IMG/VR virus record: IMGVR_UViG_3300034198_006385
Location: 22,663 to 86,662 of that record
Reading direction: 5' to 3' (one strand)
DNA: 64,000 bases
Origin: a virus
Shown here: piece by piece, positions 9,937-20,130 of the stretch
Layout of the letters: the number at the start of each line of letters is the position of its first letter
Position numbering within the stretch: the first letter of the stretch is position 1
Notes under the pieces: generated by a model
The model's database searches: none
Told to the model about the DNA's origin: nothing
Seen by the model: only the letters and a program-made list of their open reading frames with translations
Translations under genes and position numbers: made by a program

Positions 9937-10175
9937 TATCGAAAATTAATACCTTTCCCGCGTGAATGATGTTTTTGTACATTTTTTAATACATCACGAA
10001 AACCTTTATCAATAGTTTTAACACCAAGAGCCACAGGATCACCCAACATAATTGGCGTTGTAAAGATTTGTTCAACATTTGGATTATACTTTAAATAATG
10101 TTCACGTTCAGAATTAGTCATAAATTCTGTCCATTCTTCACCCGTTGTATTATTTCTAAAATTATAATTAGGCAT
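9936..10175 (-). CDS. conserved small T4-like phage protein (FmdB-like N-terminus without Cys)
   Basis: MPNYNFRNNTTGE...GFRDVLKNV; typical neighbour of phoH. Confidence 0.55.
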   Translation of the reverse strand: MPNYNFRNNTTGEEWTEFMTNSEREHYLKYNPNVEQIFTTPIMLGDPVALGVKTIDKGFRDVLKNVQKHHSRGKGINFR

Positions 10176-10512
10176 TTTCTGTTTCTTTAAAAATTGGTAA
10201 ATATTCTGTAAACATGATTATTTGAGAAAGTAAATTTGTTGTTGCTACTACTGGAAATTCCATATTATTAAATGTATCTTTTGATACTACATTTTTATAA
10301 AAATTTTCAGTAATATTTTCTTTACCTTTATAAATTTCCATATATGTTACTGCCCTATATTTGTCAGTCATTCCTATACCTTCATAGGTATGAAGCAATT
10401 TAATAAAATATTCATTTGGTAAAGGAATGGTAGTAACATATTCAGGATTTAAATCACTATTTGGTAAGTAAGGATTTTCAGCGAAAGTAATTTTCATATT
10501 CATCATTTTCAT
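10168..10512 (-). CDS. hypothetical protein
   Basis: ORF with overlapping start/stop in the operon. Confidence 0.55.
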   Translation of the reverse strand: MKMMNMKITFAENPYLPNSDLNPEYVTTIPLPNEYFIKLLHTYEGIGMTDKYRAVTYMEIYKGKENITENFYKNVVSKDTFNNMEFPVVATTNLLSQIIMFTEYLPIFKETENA

Positions 10513-10663
10513 CGTTATCTAATCTATTATTTTTACGATTTTGTTTTCTGCGTTCGTCTTTCCATTTATCTTTTTTTAAATTTTTATGATAATTGGAATT
10601 ATCTTGATATTCATAATCATCATCGAAATATTTTCGATTATGCTTTTTAAATGATTTACTCAT
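10478..10663 (-). CDS. small basic hypothetical protein
   Basis: ORF coupled to neighbours. Confidence 0.5.
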   Translation of the reverse strand: MSKSFKKHNRKYFDDDYEYQDNSNYHKNLKKDKWKDERRKQNRKNNRLDNDENDEYENYFR

Positions 10664-11084
10664 CTATTAAACCTGGGTATACCTTTTCAATAAATTTGCG
10701 GGTTATTTTTTTATAGGGTAATTTCTTATCCTTTATTGATACTAGCAGTTCGGCATCATTCTTGTCAATGCTTTCTAACAGCATAATGAATAATTGTTCT
10801 CTCCGTAATTTATTTTGTGGTTGTGCCATTGCAGCATGTAAATTAGTAAACCTATCTAATTTTTTTACTTCAGAATATAACATTCCTTGTGCATCAATAA
10901 ATTCAGATGGTTTATATGGAACAGTTCCACCTTTTGGAAGTAGAAATTCAATTCTTTCATCAAAACAATATTTTAATAATAATCGTATTGCTGGACTATC
11001 ATTTTGATGTAAATATTTAATTCTTTTATCGGAATCATCTATTTCATTAGCATTTTTAAAAATTTCAGAAATACTCAATCTCAT
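10656..11084 (-). CDS. conserved T4-like hypothetical protein
   Basis: LP.G..PYKP...RREQLFI.LLE.....AELL..IKDK pattern. Confidence 0.7.
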   Translation of the reverse strand: MRLSISEIFKNANEIDDSDKRIKYLHQNDSPAIRLLLKYCFDERIEFLLPKGGTVPYKPSEFIDAQGMLYSEVKKLDRFTNLHAAMAQPQNKLRREQLFIMLLESIDKNDAELLVSIKDKKLPYKKITRKFIEKVYPGLIDE

Positions 11085-11177
11085 AATTATATTTTTTCCT
11101 TAGTTAATAACATTGGTTTCCTATTCATTAATAGTTATCATTATATATTAAATATGTTTCCCTTGTGGACACTCCAC

Positions 11178-11205
11178 ATTATATCCATAATTTTGGAAAT
11201 GTCAA
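11178..11205 (-). promoter_or_regulatory. sigma70-type early promoter (divergent region)
   Basis: Minus strand TTGACA-16nt-TATAAT upstream of the phoH/gp32 operon. Confidence 0.6.
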
Positions 11206-11252
11206 CAAAAAAATGCGGTTGCATAAATTTTTTTTAGGGGTATAATAATAAG

Positions 11253-11834
11253 ATGAAAATAAGAATTTACAAATGTATAGACAAAGATAAAAAACAACTA
11301 ATTAATTATATGGTTAATTTTTTTGGTCATGTTTTGTTCCCCGAATTAATGAATAATGATGATTATATTTTACGTATAAAATTTTCTTCAAAAGAAAAAA
11401 TGATGCATAATGATTTTAAAGAAATATTTGGATTAACACATCATTATAAAATTAAAAATAAATTGTTGAAAAAAGAAGTTGGTGTTGATTTATCAGAAGA
11501 ACAAAATATTTTTATGACCACAAGAACATTGATTCATGAATTGGCTCATGTTAAACAAATATGGATTGATAATACAGAATTTCATGAAGATCATGTATTA
11601 TGGAATGGAGTATTGCATTCATACGATGAGTATGATACATATTGGCTCTATCCTTGGGAAATAGAGGCACATGGTTATGAGACAGTTCTTTTTAATTTGT
11701 TTATAGAAAAATATTCTCTCGTAAAACAAACTTTTTCATTACCATATATTAAAATTCTGGAAAATATTAAAAATGTCGATGACACGCGAAGAACGATTTC
11801 TGAAGGAATTGGAAAAGGTTGCGTTGGCAATTAA
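11253..11834 (+). CDS. zinc metallopeptidase-like protein
   Basis: HELAH (HExxH) plus PWEIEA. Confidence 0.7.
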   Translation: MKIRIYKCIDKDKKQLINYMVNFFGHVLFPELMNNDDYILRIKFSSKEKMMHNDFKEIFGLTHHYKIKNKLLKKEVGVDLSEEQNIFMTTRTLIHELAHVKQIWIDNTEFHEDHVLWNGVLHSYDEYDTYWLYPWEIEAHGYETVLFNLFIEKYSLVKQTFSLPYIKILENIKNVDDTRRTISEGIGKGCVGN

Positions 11835-12195
11835 TCCTAGTTCTACTAATCGCGCACGATTGGCGGCATGTTTGGTCTATAAGAATAATATAATTTCTTA
11901 TGGAATAAATCAAATGAAGAGCCATCCTTTTCAGGCACGATTTTCTCGCAATTCAGAATCAATTTATCTTCATGCTGAAACCGATTGTATCAAGAATGCA
12001 TTGCGTATAATTGATATTAATGAAATAAGTAAGTCTACTCTTTATATTTGTAGAATTAAGTATTGTGATACTTCAAAGAAGCAATTGATTTGGGGGCTTA
12101 GTAAGCCATGCAACGGTTGTGCTAAGGCTATTGCTACCTTTAATATTAAAAATGTAGTTTATACGTGCGATAATGGTTTTTATAAATATCTATAA
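11773..12195 (+). CDS. zinc-dependent cytidine/deoxycytidylate deaminase-fold protein
   Basis: HAE ... SKPCNGC motifs. Confidence 0.8.
   Translation: MSMTREERFLKELEKVALAINPSSTNRARLAACLVYKNNIISYGINQMKSHPFQARFSRNSESIYLHAETDCIKNALRIIDINEISKSTLYICRIKYCDTSKKQLIWGLSKPCNGCAKAIATFNIKNVVYTCDNGFYKYL
12181..12188 (+). promoter_or_regulatory. T4-type late promoter TATAAATA
   Basis: Exact gp55 consensus upstream of the late gene block. Confidence 0.6.
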
Positions 12196-12255
12196 ATTAT
12201 AGATATTAATTTATTATCAAATTTTAAAGATAATAAATTTGAAAAGGACATATTA

Positions 12256-13557
12256 ATGGCACAATTTCGTAAAGATACACATCAATATTTAAGTGATGGA
12301 AAAACTATATTTGAAGTAATGATGTTAGCCGATCAATATGGAAATTTAGTTGGTCCCGCTAATCCATCAGGAACTTCTGTAGATGCATTTGGGCGGAATA
12401 GAATGTCTACCCCCTTAACTTTATTTGATTCTTCTTATAGATATAGAGATAATAATCTTTGGTATACATCTAATACTGCTGGTACAACATATACATTTAA
12501 TGCTAATTCTGGGTTAATGGATTTAACTCTTGATACTACATCAAATTCTGAAATAATTAGAGAAACTACAAAAGTATTTTCATATCAACCGGGAAAATCA
12601 TTATTAGTATTAAATACTTTTGTTTTTAATCCAACTAAAACTAATTTAAGACAAAGAGTTGGATATTTTGGTGCCCAAAATGGAATCTTTTTAGAACAAG
12701 ATAATACAAATATTTATTTTGTTCAACGATCTTTTGTTAGTGGTAGTATAGTTGATACTAAAATATCTCAATCAAATTGGAATATTGATCCTTTAAATGG
12801 AACAGGACCATCATTATTAACATTAGATTTATCTAAAGCACAAATTTTTTGGATTGATTTAGAATGGCTTGGTGTTGGAAGTGTTAGATGTGGTTTTGTT
12901 ATAGATGGTAAAATTATTCACTGCCATTCTTTTCATCATGCCAATTTACTTACACAAACATATATTACTACTGCAAGTTTACCATTAAGATATGAAATAA
13001 AAAATACAGGAACAGTTACTAGTAATAGTAATTTAAAACAAATTTGTTCAACTGTAATTTCAGAGGGTGGATATGAATTAAGAGGCGCGCAGCAATCTAT
13101 TGGAACCGCAATAACATCCGCAAAAGCATTAGCAACTGCTGGAACATATTATCCTGTAGTATCTATTAGATTAAAATCGACACATCTTGATGGTATAGTT
13201 ATATTATCTGCTATTTCTTTGCAGGGATTAGGTAATAATACAAATTATAATTGGAGAGTTATTGCCGATGGGACAGTTACTACTGCGGCATGGACTGATG
13301 CTGGTTCGACATCTTCAGTTGAATATACATTAAGTGGAACAGCTATTTCTGGTGGAAGAACCCTTGCTAGTGGGTATTTTAGTTCATCAACACAAAGTTC
13401 AATGCCTGTTGAAATTTTAAAAGAAGCATTATTTAAATTTCAATTAGAAAGAAATAGTTTAACATCAACACCAGTAACATTAAGTTTAGCTGTAGCCGCT
13501 AGTGTTGATACATCTACTGTATTTGGCTCAATAGATTGGGAAGAAGTTTCAAGATAA
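12256..13557 (+). CDS. putative virion structural protein (beta-rich)
   Basis: DAFGR..S.P.TLFD, YQPGKS, EWLGVGSVR motifs; late promoter upstream. Confidence 0.6.
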   Translation: MAQFRKDTHQYLSDGKTIFEVMMLADQYGNLVGPANPSGTSVDAFGRNRMSTPLTLFDSSYRYRDNNLWYTSNTAGTTYTFNANSGLMDLTLDTTSNSEIIRETTKVFSYQPGKSLLVLNTFVFNPTKTNLRQRVGYFGAQNGIFLEQDNTNIYFVQRSFVSGSIVDTKISQSNWNIDPLNGTGPSLLTLDLSKAQIFWIDLEWLGVGSVRCGFVIDGKIIHCHSFHHANLLTQTYITTASLPLRYEIKNTGTVTSNSNLKQICSTVISEGGYELRGAQQSIGTAITSAKALATAGTYYPVVSIRLKSTHLDGIVILSAISLQGLGNNTNYNWRVIADGTVTTAAWTDAGSTSSVEYTLSGTAISGGRTLASGYFSSSTQSSMPVEILKEALFKFQLERNSLTSTPVTLSLAVAASVDTSTVFGSIDWEEVSR

Positions 13558-13573
13558 AAAATAGGGAAATGTT

Positions 13574-14491
13574 ATGAAAAAAATAATAAAAAATACTTCA
13601 GGTAAATATGAATTAAAAGAATATGTTTCTGAATATTTAGCAAAAGAATTAGTTAAAAAATTTTCTAAAGATGCAGTAAAAACTATTCCTAAAGAAAAAC
13701 CTAGTTGGATGCCAAATCCGTTTAAACCAGTAGAACCTACTCCTGCACCAGTTAGACCAGTAGAACCTACTCCTGCACCAGTTAGACCAGTAGAACCTTA
13801 TAAACCTACCCCTCAACCAATAGAAAAACCAAAACCTATTCCTAAAACAATAGAAGAACCAAAACCTATTCCTATTCCTATTCCTATGCCTGAACCAAGA
13901 TCAGACACAAAAATTGATATACCACCAAAAGGCGGTAATTTACCTTTTAGATGGAGACCTAAAATAAAAGGTGGAATAGATATTGATACTGATACATCTC
14001 CAGATCAAACTTTTGATAATAAAGGTATTCCAATTATTCGTGGAGATACCGCTCTCACTATTGATCCAAAAAATAAAAAATATAAAGAATCATCTTTATC
14101 TAATATTAAAAGAATTAGAACACAAAATGCCCACGAATTATCAACAATACCCACATTTATTACACAATCATATGATCCGATTGTTCGTGGTGATACCGCA
14201 CCTACTATTGATTCAAAAAATAAAACATATAAAGAAACATCTTTATCTAATATTAAAAGAATTAGATCACAAAATGCTATGATTTTAAATAAAAATCCAC
14301 AAATAATTACACAATCATATGATCCATGTTTACAAAGTAGACCACATGAAATTGGAACAGATGATATAGTAAAAGCATATACTGAAGTAACACCTGGGCA
14401 ACAATTAGAGCGACGTAAAAAATTAAAAAATTTTAGAGTATATTATGAAGAAAAATGTAAATCAATAAATAATATGAAAAAATATAAATAG
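13574..14491 (+). CDS. Pro-rich putative internal head protein with internal repeats
   Basis: PVEPTPAPVR repeats, 49-aa duplication, C-terminal EIGTD...TPGQ motif. Confidence 0.55.
   Translation: MKKIIKNTSGKYELKEYVSEYLAKELVKKFSKDAVKTIPKEKPSWMPNPFKPVEPTPAPVRPVEPTPAPVRPVEPYKPTPQPIEKPKPIPKTIEEPKPIPIPIPMPEPRSDTKIDIPPKGGNLPFRWRPKIKGGIDIDTDTSPDQTFDNKGIPIIRGDTALTIDPKNKKYKESSLSNIKRIRTQNAHELSTIPTFITQSYDPIVRGDTAPTIDSKNKTYKETSLSNIKRIRSQNAMILNKNPQIITQSYDPCLQSRPHEIGTDDIVKAYTEVTPGQQLERRKKLKNFRVYYEEKCKSINNMKKYK
13727..13798 (+). repeat. 30-bp coding tandem repeat (PVEPTPAPVR x2.4)
   Basis: ccagtagaacctactcctgcaccagttaga repeated. Confidence 0.85.
14032..14325 (+). repeat. 147-bp imperfect coding duplication
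   Basis: IIRGDTALTIDPKNKKYKESSLSNIKRIRTQNA / IVRGDTAPTIDSKNKTYKETSLSNIKRIRSQNA ... ITQSYDP. Confidence 0.8.
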
Positions 14492-14501
14492 AGGATTAAC
14501 A

Positions 14502-15758
14502 ATGACACAATCATTACGAAAAAGATTAGGATTATCAGATAGTCTTATTGAAGCAGCAGCAAAAATTAATAATAAACCTGTTGTTGATCTTGGAACTCTT
14601 GATAATGTTGAAATTGAGCCAAAACCACAAATAAAAAAGGTTCCAAAAGAACAATTATTTCAAAAACCGGCATCTACGCCTGAATCAGATGCGTCATCTT
14701 TAATTCAAAAAAGACAATTATCACAAGAAGAAACCCAAATTAATGAATTTAAAATTACACCAAACACATTTGGTGTAATTGGTGATGTAGTAGGAAGAAT
14801 GTTGCGGGGCGGGGGAATAAAACCACCATCTGGAACAATTAAACCGCAACTTTCACCTTCTCCTAAAAATCCCCAAATTACAGATCAATCTAAAATTGAT
14901 ATGCCATTACCTACAAGGCCACGCGGCCAAACCGGAGAAGGTGGCCCAACAGGTTTATTTAATAGAGCACAAAATGCTATTGATAATATTCCTACTATGG
15001 AAATTAAACCATCATCTTCTCCTAAATCTCCCACTGTAACCGGACAAGATAGCGAAGCAATTGCTCCTCCAAGTGTTGATTTAACAAAACCATTAGGAAA
15101 AGGTGGTATTGGTTCTGATGCTACCGCAGCACCAAAAGCAGCAAAAATTGCACCTAAAATTGCTACAATTACACCAAAAACACCAGAAATGTCTGCTGAT
15201 GATTTAAATAAAATTTCTCTTAATTTATCAAAAGGCCAAGATACATCAACTGCCGCTGGAGATGAAAATGATCCAATGCGTGCTCAAAAAAGAGTTGCCG
15301 CAGAACGTATTAAACAAAGAATGTCAAATGCAGCTAATGAAAATTTTGTTTATCATGCAAAATTTGGACTTGGTGAAATTTTGACTATTTCTGAAAATAC
15401 ATATGATGTACTTTTTGAACATGGTATTGAAAAAAATATGCCAGAAATGGTTCTAAATTTTTTCGTAGCTGAGTCATCCGATAATGTTGTGAACCAACTT
15501 CCTGTTGGATCGAATAGCTCTTCTATTAATTATGATACACAAAATAATCCAGAAACAATTCAAGCAACATTGATGATGACAGCGGATAGAGCAGTTAAAT
15601 TATCAATGTTGCTTAAATCAAATGTTCAAATTGAAGATTGGATGGAAACTAAAATTTCTACTGCTTTTGACTATATAAATAGTATATTTGATTATTTAAA
15701 TAATTTAAATCCCGGAAACGAAAATATAATCTTAAACCCAAAAGTAAAAGAAGATTAA
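14502..15758 (+). CDS. putative prohead core/internal head protein
   Basis: TATAAATA directly upstream; SLIEAA N-terminus; H.KFG.GE...YDVLFEHGIE domain; many L/I-x-E sites. Confidence 0.55.
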   Translation: MTQSLRKRLGLSDSLIEAAAKINNKPVVDLGTLDNVEIEPKPQIKKVPKEQLFQKPASTPESDASSLIQKRQLSQEETQINEFKITPNTFGVIGDVVGRMLRGGGIKPPSGTIKPQLSPSPKNPQITDQSKIDMPLPTRPRGQTGEGGPTGLFNRAQNAIDNIPTMEIKPSSSPKSPTVTGQDSEAIAPPSVDLTKPLGKGGIGSDATAAPKAAKIAPKIATITPKTPEMSADDLNKISLNLSKGQDTSTAAGDENDPMRAQKRVAAERIKQRMSNAANENFVYHAKFGLGEILTISENTYDVLFEHGIEKNMPEMVLNFFVAESSDNVVNQLPVGSNSSSINYDTQNNPETIQATLMMTADRAVKLSMLLKSNVQIEDWMETKISTAFDYINSIFDYLNNLNPGNENIILNPKVKED

Positions 15759-15759
15759 C

Positions 15760-16014
15760 ATGACACAAGCCGTAGCTACCCATACAGGTAAAATTAAATC
15801 AAGTAGTCGTATTACAAAAGCATTACAAAAAGCTATTTCTAGTGATGCCGCAGTTGATTATTCATTTGAGGATGGAACCCAAGCTACTATTGAACCATCA
15901 TTAGCTAAAAGGGCATTGACTTATTATGAAAAATTATCGCCATTTGAAAAAGCAAAAGTTGCCCAACAAATGCGCGCTTCATTTAAATCGTTTCTCTCAA
16001 TAGCAAAAAGATAA
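15760..16014 (+). CDS. hypothetical late protein
   Basis: ORF in late block. Confidence 0.6.
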   Translation: MTQAVATHTGKIKSSSRITKALQKAISSDAAVDYSFEDGTQATIEPSLAKRALTYYEKLSPFEKAKVAQQMRASFKSFLSIAKR

Positions 16015-16027
16015 GGTAAAAAACAAA

Positions 16028-16885
16028 ATGGCTCAATTTAATAAAAATGATGTAGCGTCTAATTCAGTATTATGGGCTCCGTCACAATTTAATAAAACTG
16101 CTAATTCTGCTAATAGAGATGCCTTATTTGGTAATACTACTGTTAGTGCATTTATATCAAACAAAATTGTTGGTATGTTTGGGGTTGATACTACAGAAGC
16201 AAATGTTGCCTCTGGTAATCTTGTATCAGGCATTATTACCTATGCGGGCACTGGTTATACAGCAAATGCTGCGGTTACATTAACAGTAACTAATGGTGGA
16301 ACTAGTGGCACTGCAAATGCTACAGCTAATTCTACTGGTAAAATTTCTGCATTAAATGTTGCAGTAGCGGGCAGTGGTTATGTAACAAAACCAACTGTTG
16401 TAATTGCCGCACCTGCAAATACTACATTTAATGCAAATACTGCGGTAACTGCCGGTCCTGATAATGGTACAAATGGTGCAAATAGCGTAATTACTATTTC
16501 ATCTGCTGGGGCATTCGTAATTGGTGATCCACTCGTATATCAAGTAGCAACAAATAATACAGCTATTTCTGGATTAACAAGCGGAACAACATATTATGTT
16601 CAATTTGCTAATTCTACTGTAGTTGCTCTTGCTAATTCGCCAACTGGTAGCAGAATTACATTGACTAAAGGGTTAACCGAAACAGGCCATGCATTAACAG
16701 GTGTTCAAGCAACAGGGGTTATTACTGTTGGTGGTGCTAAAAATAATGGTGTAACCCATGCTGGGTGGGTGGTAAGAACAGTCGGCACAGGCGGTCGTGC
16801 GGGTCGTGTAACATACGAAACATTAGTTGCTATGGGTTCACTTACTGGTGATGCATCTGATGATTCAATTCTTCCTGATGCCTAA
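16028..16885 (+). CDS. virion fibre/decoration-like protein
   Basis: Thr/Ala/Gly-rich; GTGYT/GSGY repeats; C-terminal HAGWV...GGRAGRV.YETLVAM. Confidence 0.6.
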   Translation: MAQFNKNDVASNSVLWAPSQFNKTANSANRDALFGNTTVSAFISNKIVGMFGVDTTEANVASGNLVSGIITYAGTGYTANAAVTLTVTNGGTSGTANATANSTGKISALNVAVAGSGYVTKPTVVIAAPANTTFNANTAVTAGPDNGTNGANSVITISSAGAFVIGDPLVYQVATNNTAISGLTSGTTYYVQFANSTVVALANSPTGSRITLTKGLTETGHALTGVQATGVITVGGAKNNGVTHAGWVVRTVGTGGRAGRVTYETLVAMGSLTGDASDDSILPDA

Positions 16886-17172
16886 TGACTAAATTATCTA
16901 AGTTACCGACAACTAATAGTATTTCATCTAATGATTTTTTAGTTGCGGTAACTAACCCGAATACTCAATCCCAAACAAGTAAATTATTAGTGTCCACATT
17001 ATTTTCGAATGTGGACACTATTATCGTTAATAATTTAATTTTGGGTAATACACATATTGCAGTTAGTAATACAGAAACTAATACTAAAGGAACAATATTC
17101 TTTAGTAATACGCATTTGTATATTGCAATTTCTAACAATGTTTTACGAAGAATCCCATTAGAAACTTTTTAA
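16885..17172 (+). CDS. small structural-type protein
   Basis: MTKLSKLP...D.LV.V fibre-like N-terminus. Confidence 0.5.
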   Translation: MTKLSKLPTTNSISSNDFLVAVTNPNTQSQTSKLLVSTLFSNVDTIIVNNLILGNTHIAVSNTETNTKGTIFFSNTHLYIAISNNVLRRIPLETF

Positions 17173-17175
17173 TTT

Positions 17176-17571
17176 ATGAATAATGAAAATTTGACTGAAA
17201 AAAATTATATTTTATATGCTGCAAAAAATTATAACAATAATAATTGTAGTAGCACTAAAGAATTTTATGATGACTTAGAAAGAATTGTTTATTTAAAAAG
17301 AATTTTTAATAAATATAAAAAGAATGGTTTAATACAAAAAAGATTAGTATTAAACCATTTAATTGTTTTATATAATGTTTTTGATGAGGGGGCAATAACT
17401 AGAATTTTATTTTTAAAATTAAATGATCATTTATCCATTCTCAAAACATTTTTAATATTTTTAAAAAAAGTGCCACCAATTGTGTATAATATCAATAGCA
17501 TAAATATTAATACTATTGATATACAAATGGATGATCTTATAATAACTATTCTTAGGCAAAAAGATGGATAA
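17176..17571 (+). CDS. conserved T4-like hypothetical protein
   Basis: LYAAKNY.N..C....EFYDDL.RI.Y.KR...RLVLNHLIVLYNVF. Confidence 0.75.
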   Translation: MNNENLTEKNYILYAAKNYNNNNCSSTKEFYDDLERIVYLKRIFNKYKKNGLIQKRLVLNHLIVLYNVFDEGAITRILFLKLNDHLSILKTFLIFLKKVPPIVYNINSININTIDIQMDDLIITILRQKDG

Positions 17572-18031
17572 TGATAATAATATACAAAATATATTAAATG
17601 TTTATGGTATTAAAAAAAATATTCGTTTTCCTGATGATAAGGAAATGAATAACGTTTATTGCTATGAATTTTTAATTCGTTTTTTAATGCCCTTTGATAA
17701 ATGGCCTGCATTTACATCTGGTGTAATTGATAAAAATGGAAATATTTTAATTTCTCGTAAAAAAATGAATTTTGTACAAAATAAATCTTTCACAAAATTT
17801 GATTTATTAATATTACGTATTAAAAAAATTATAGAAAAATCTCCACAAAACTTTTTTATTAAAAATATGTCGGCACAATCTTTTATATCTTCTTTATTAA
17901 AAGAATCAGAAGCACCTGTTAATGTTTCAAGTGGTATTGCTCAAAAAGATAATCCAATGCTTTTTTTGATCCGTAAAACACCATTAATAAAGAAAGATAA
18001 TAAGGATGGAAGATTTATTAAAAACAGCTAA
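17564..18031 (+). CDS. conserved T4-like hypothetical protein
   Basis: PF.KWPAF..GVIDKNGNIL motif. Confidence 0.65.
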   Translation: MDNDNNIQNILNVYGIKKNIRFPDDKEMNNVYCYEFLIRFLMPFDKWPAFTSGVIDKNGNILISRKKMNFVQNKSFTKFDLLILRIKKIIEKSPQNFFIKNMSAQSFISSLLKESEAPVNVSSGIAQKDNPMLFLIRKTPLIKKDNKDGRFIKNS

Positions 18032-18512
18032 AGAAATACTATCCACTGTTGCCCCCACTGTAGCTACTGCTTTAGGTGGGCCATTAGGAGGTGTTGCTGT
18101 AAAATCATTAATTAATATATTAGGACTTGATCCTGCTACTCCAGAAAAAGAAGTATTAGAAAAAGTTACTAATGCTGATCCAGAAATGCTTTTTAAATTT
18201 AAACAACTTGAACAAGATTTTGCTCTACAAATGAAAAAATTGCAAGTAAATGTTCAAGAATTAAATAATGCTAATCTAGATTCTGCTCGTAATAGAGAAA
18301 TTCAACTTAAAGATAATACAAATAAATACTTAGCATATATTGTTACTGGTCTATATATTGCAATCCAATTATGGCTAGTGTCTGGCCATATTTTACCACA
18401 AGAAATGAGGGAGATTGTAATGAGAGCATTAGGAACATTGGATGCTATTATTGCTATGGTATTTGGCTACTATTATGGTTCATCAATAGATAAAACCAAA
18501 AATGATAGATAA
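18006..18512 (+). CDS. holin-like membrane protein
   Basis: APTVATALGGPLGG, DSARNRE, two TM segments, GYYYGSS. Confidence 0.65.
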   Translation: MEDLLKTAKEILSTVAPTVATALGGPLGGVAVKSLINILGLDPATPEKEVLEKVTNADPEMLFKFKQLEQDFALQMKKLQVNVQELNNANLDSARNREIQLKDNTNKYLAYIVTGLYIAIQLWLVSGHILPQEMREIVMRALGTLDAIIAMVFGYYYGSSIDKTKNDR

Positions 18513-18831
18513 TAATAAAGCGGAATTAAGTCTTGATACTAGAATAACAGTATTAGAACATGACTTAAATAAAATAGCAGATGTATTATCTAAATTAGAA
18601 ACTAGTTTTGAAAAATTAGTAGATATATCTACATCGTTAAAACATATAATAGCAATACATGAAATGAAATTTGAATATAAAGATAAAGATAATATATTAA
18701 TTAAAGAAGAATTGACCGAATTAAATAAAAGAGTCGATCATTTAGAGCAATTTAGATGGTATGTATATGGTGTATTTGCTATAATAATTTTTTTATCACC
18801 AGTAATTTATAAATTTGTGTTCAAAATCTAG
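18502..18831 (+). CDS. coiled-coil protein with C-terminal TM helix
   Basis: Heptad pattern, LEQFRWYVYG followed by a hydrophobic stretch. Confidence 0.6.
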   Translation: MIDNNKAELSLDTRITVLEHDLNKIADVLSKLETSFEKLVDISTSLKHIIAIHEMKFEYKDKDNILIKEELTELNKRVDHLEQFRWYVYGVFAIIIFLSPVIYKFVFKI

Positions 18832-18860
18832 TTGACACGGTAATCATATAGTGGTATACT
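18832..18860 (+). promoter_or_regulatory. sigma70-type promoter
   Basis: TTGACA-17nt-TATACT upstream of primase. Confidence 0.7.
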
Positions 18861-18893
18861 CTACTTGTCATAAACAAAAAGAGTATATAATTA

Positions 18894-19940
18894 ATGTCAT
18901 CTTTATGGTTAGATCGTAAATATATTGATTTATGTTCGGCAGGATTACGAAACTTTAAATGGAAAAGTTCTATTCTTGCTAATTGTAGTTGCCCATTTTG
19001 TGGGGATAGCACAAAAAATAAATTAAAGGCTAGATTTTATTTCTTTGAAAAAGAAAATGGATTTAATGGATATTGTCATAATTGTGGCGAAAGCATGGGA
19101 TTTGACAATTTCTTAAAAAAATTTAATTTATTATTACATTCAGAATATGTTCGCGAAAGATTTTTTGAAACGGCGTCCACTGAACATATTGAACAAAAAA
19201 TAGAAAAAATTAAAATGGATGCAATTCATTTTAATGATAAAAGATTAACTAATATTAAAAAAATTTCACAATTAAAAGCAAATCATCCAGCTAAAATTTA
19301 TGTAAATGAACGACAGATTCCAGAAAAATTTCATTATAAATTATATTATACACCAAAATTTAAATCTTGGATTAATGAATTATTACCTGGAAAATTTGAC
19401 GCAGTATATGATGAACCCCGTTTAGTTATTCCTTTTTTTGATAAAGACAAAAAAATGTATGCTGTGCAAGGTAGAAGTTTTGGTAATATTGAGCCAAAAT
19501 ATTATTCAATTATTTTAAATGATAATTATCCCAAAATTTATGGATTGGATACAATTGATTATAATAGACGTTATTATATTTTAGAGGGACCAATTGATTC
19601 ATTGTTTATTCCAAATTCTTTAGGAATGGCGGGATCAGATTTTACTTTTGATTTACCAAATATCTATAATAATGCAGTTGTCATATTTGACAATCAACCA
19701 CGTAATAGTGAAATTATTCGTAAAATGGAAGCATGTTTGAATAATGGATTGCAAATAGTAATCTGGCCGGATACATTAGAACATAAAGATATTAATGATA
19801 TGATTAAATCTGGTATGAGTAGTAATGATATTATGTTTATTATTAAACAAAATACATTTAAAGATTTAGCCGGGATATTAAAACTTAAAAAATGGAATAA
19901 AGTGAAAGGATTTAAAAATGAAAGTAAAAGAATTAATTGA
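18894..19940 (+). CDS. gp61: DNA primase gp61
   Basis: CPFCGDS...CHNCG zinc finger, EPRLVIPF, QGRS, EGPIDSLF, KDINDM. Confidence 0.95.
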   Translation: MSSLWLDRKYIDLCSAGLRNFKWKSSILANCSCPFCGDSTKNKLKARFYFFEKENGFNGYCHNCGESMGFDNFLKKFNLLLHSEYVRERFFETASTEHIEQKIEKIKMDAIHFNDKRLTNIKKISQLKANHPAKIYVNERQIPEKFHYKLYYTPKFKSWINELLPGKFDAVYDEPRLVIPFFDKDKKMYAVQGRSFGNIEPKYYSIILNDNYPKIYGLDTIDYNRRYYILEGPIDSLFIPNSLGMAGSDFTFDLPNIYNNAVVIFDNQPRNSEIIRKMEACLNNGLQIVIWPDTLEHKDINDMIKSGMSSNDIMFIIKQNTFKDLAGILKLKKWNKVKGFKNESKRIN

Positions 19941-20130
19941 ATATTTACAATCATTTGATGGTGACATGAATGTAATTTTATCAAGTGATGCTGAAGGTAA
20001 TTATTTCGATAAAGTTCAGGATGTAAGAATTATGTTATATGATTCTGATGACAGAATGGCATTTAATTTAGAGGATTTTGAAGAAGTTAAAGATGTTGCC
20101 TCTGAACAAGCGGTCTGTATTTGGCCTTAA
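19918..20130 (+). CDS. hypothetical protein
   Basis: MKVKELIEYL...SSDAEGN small phage family. Confidence 0.6.
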   Translation: MKVKELIEYLQSFDGDMNVILSSDAEGNYFDKVQDVRIMLYDSDDRMAFNLEDFEEVKDVASEQAVCIWP

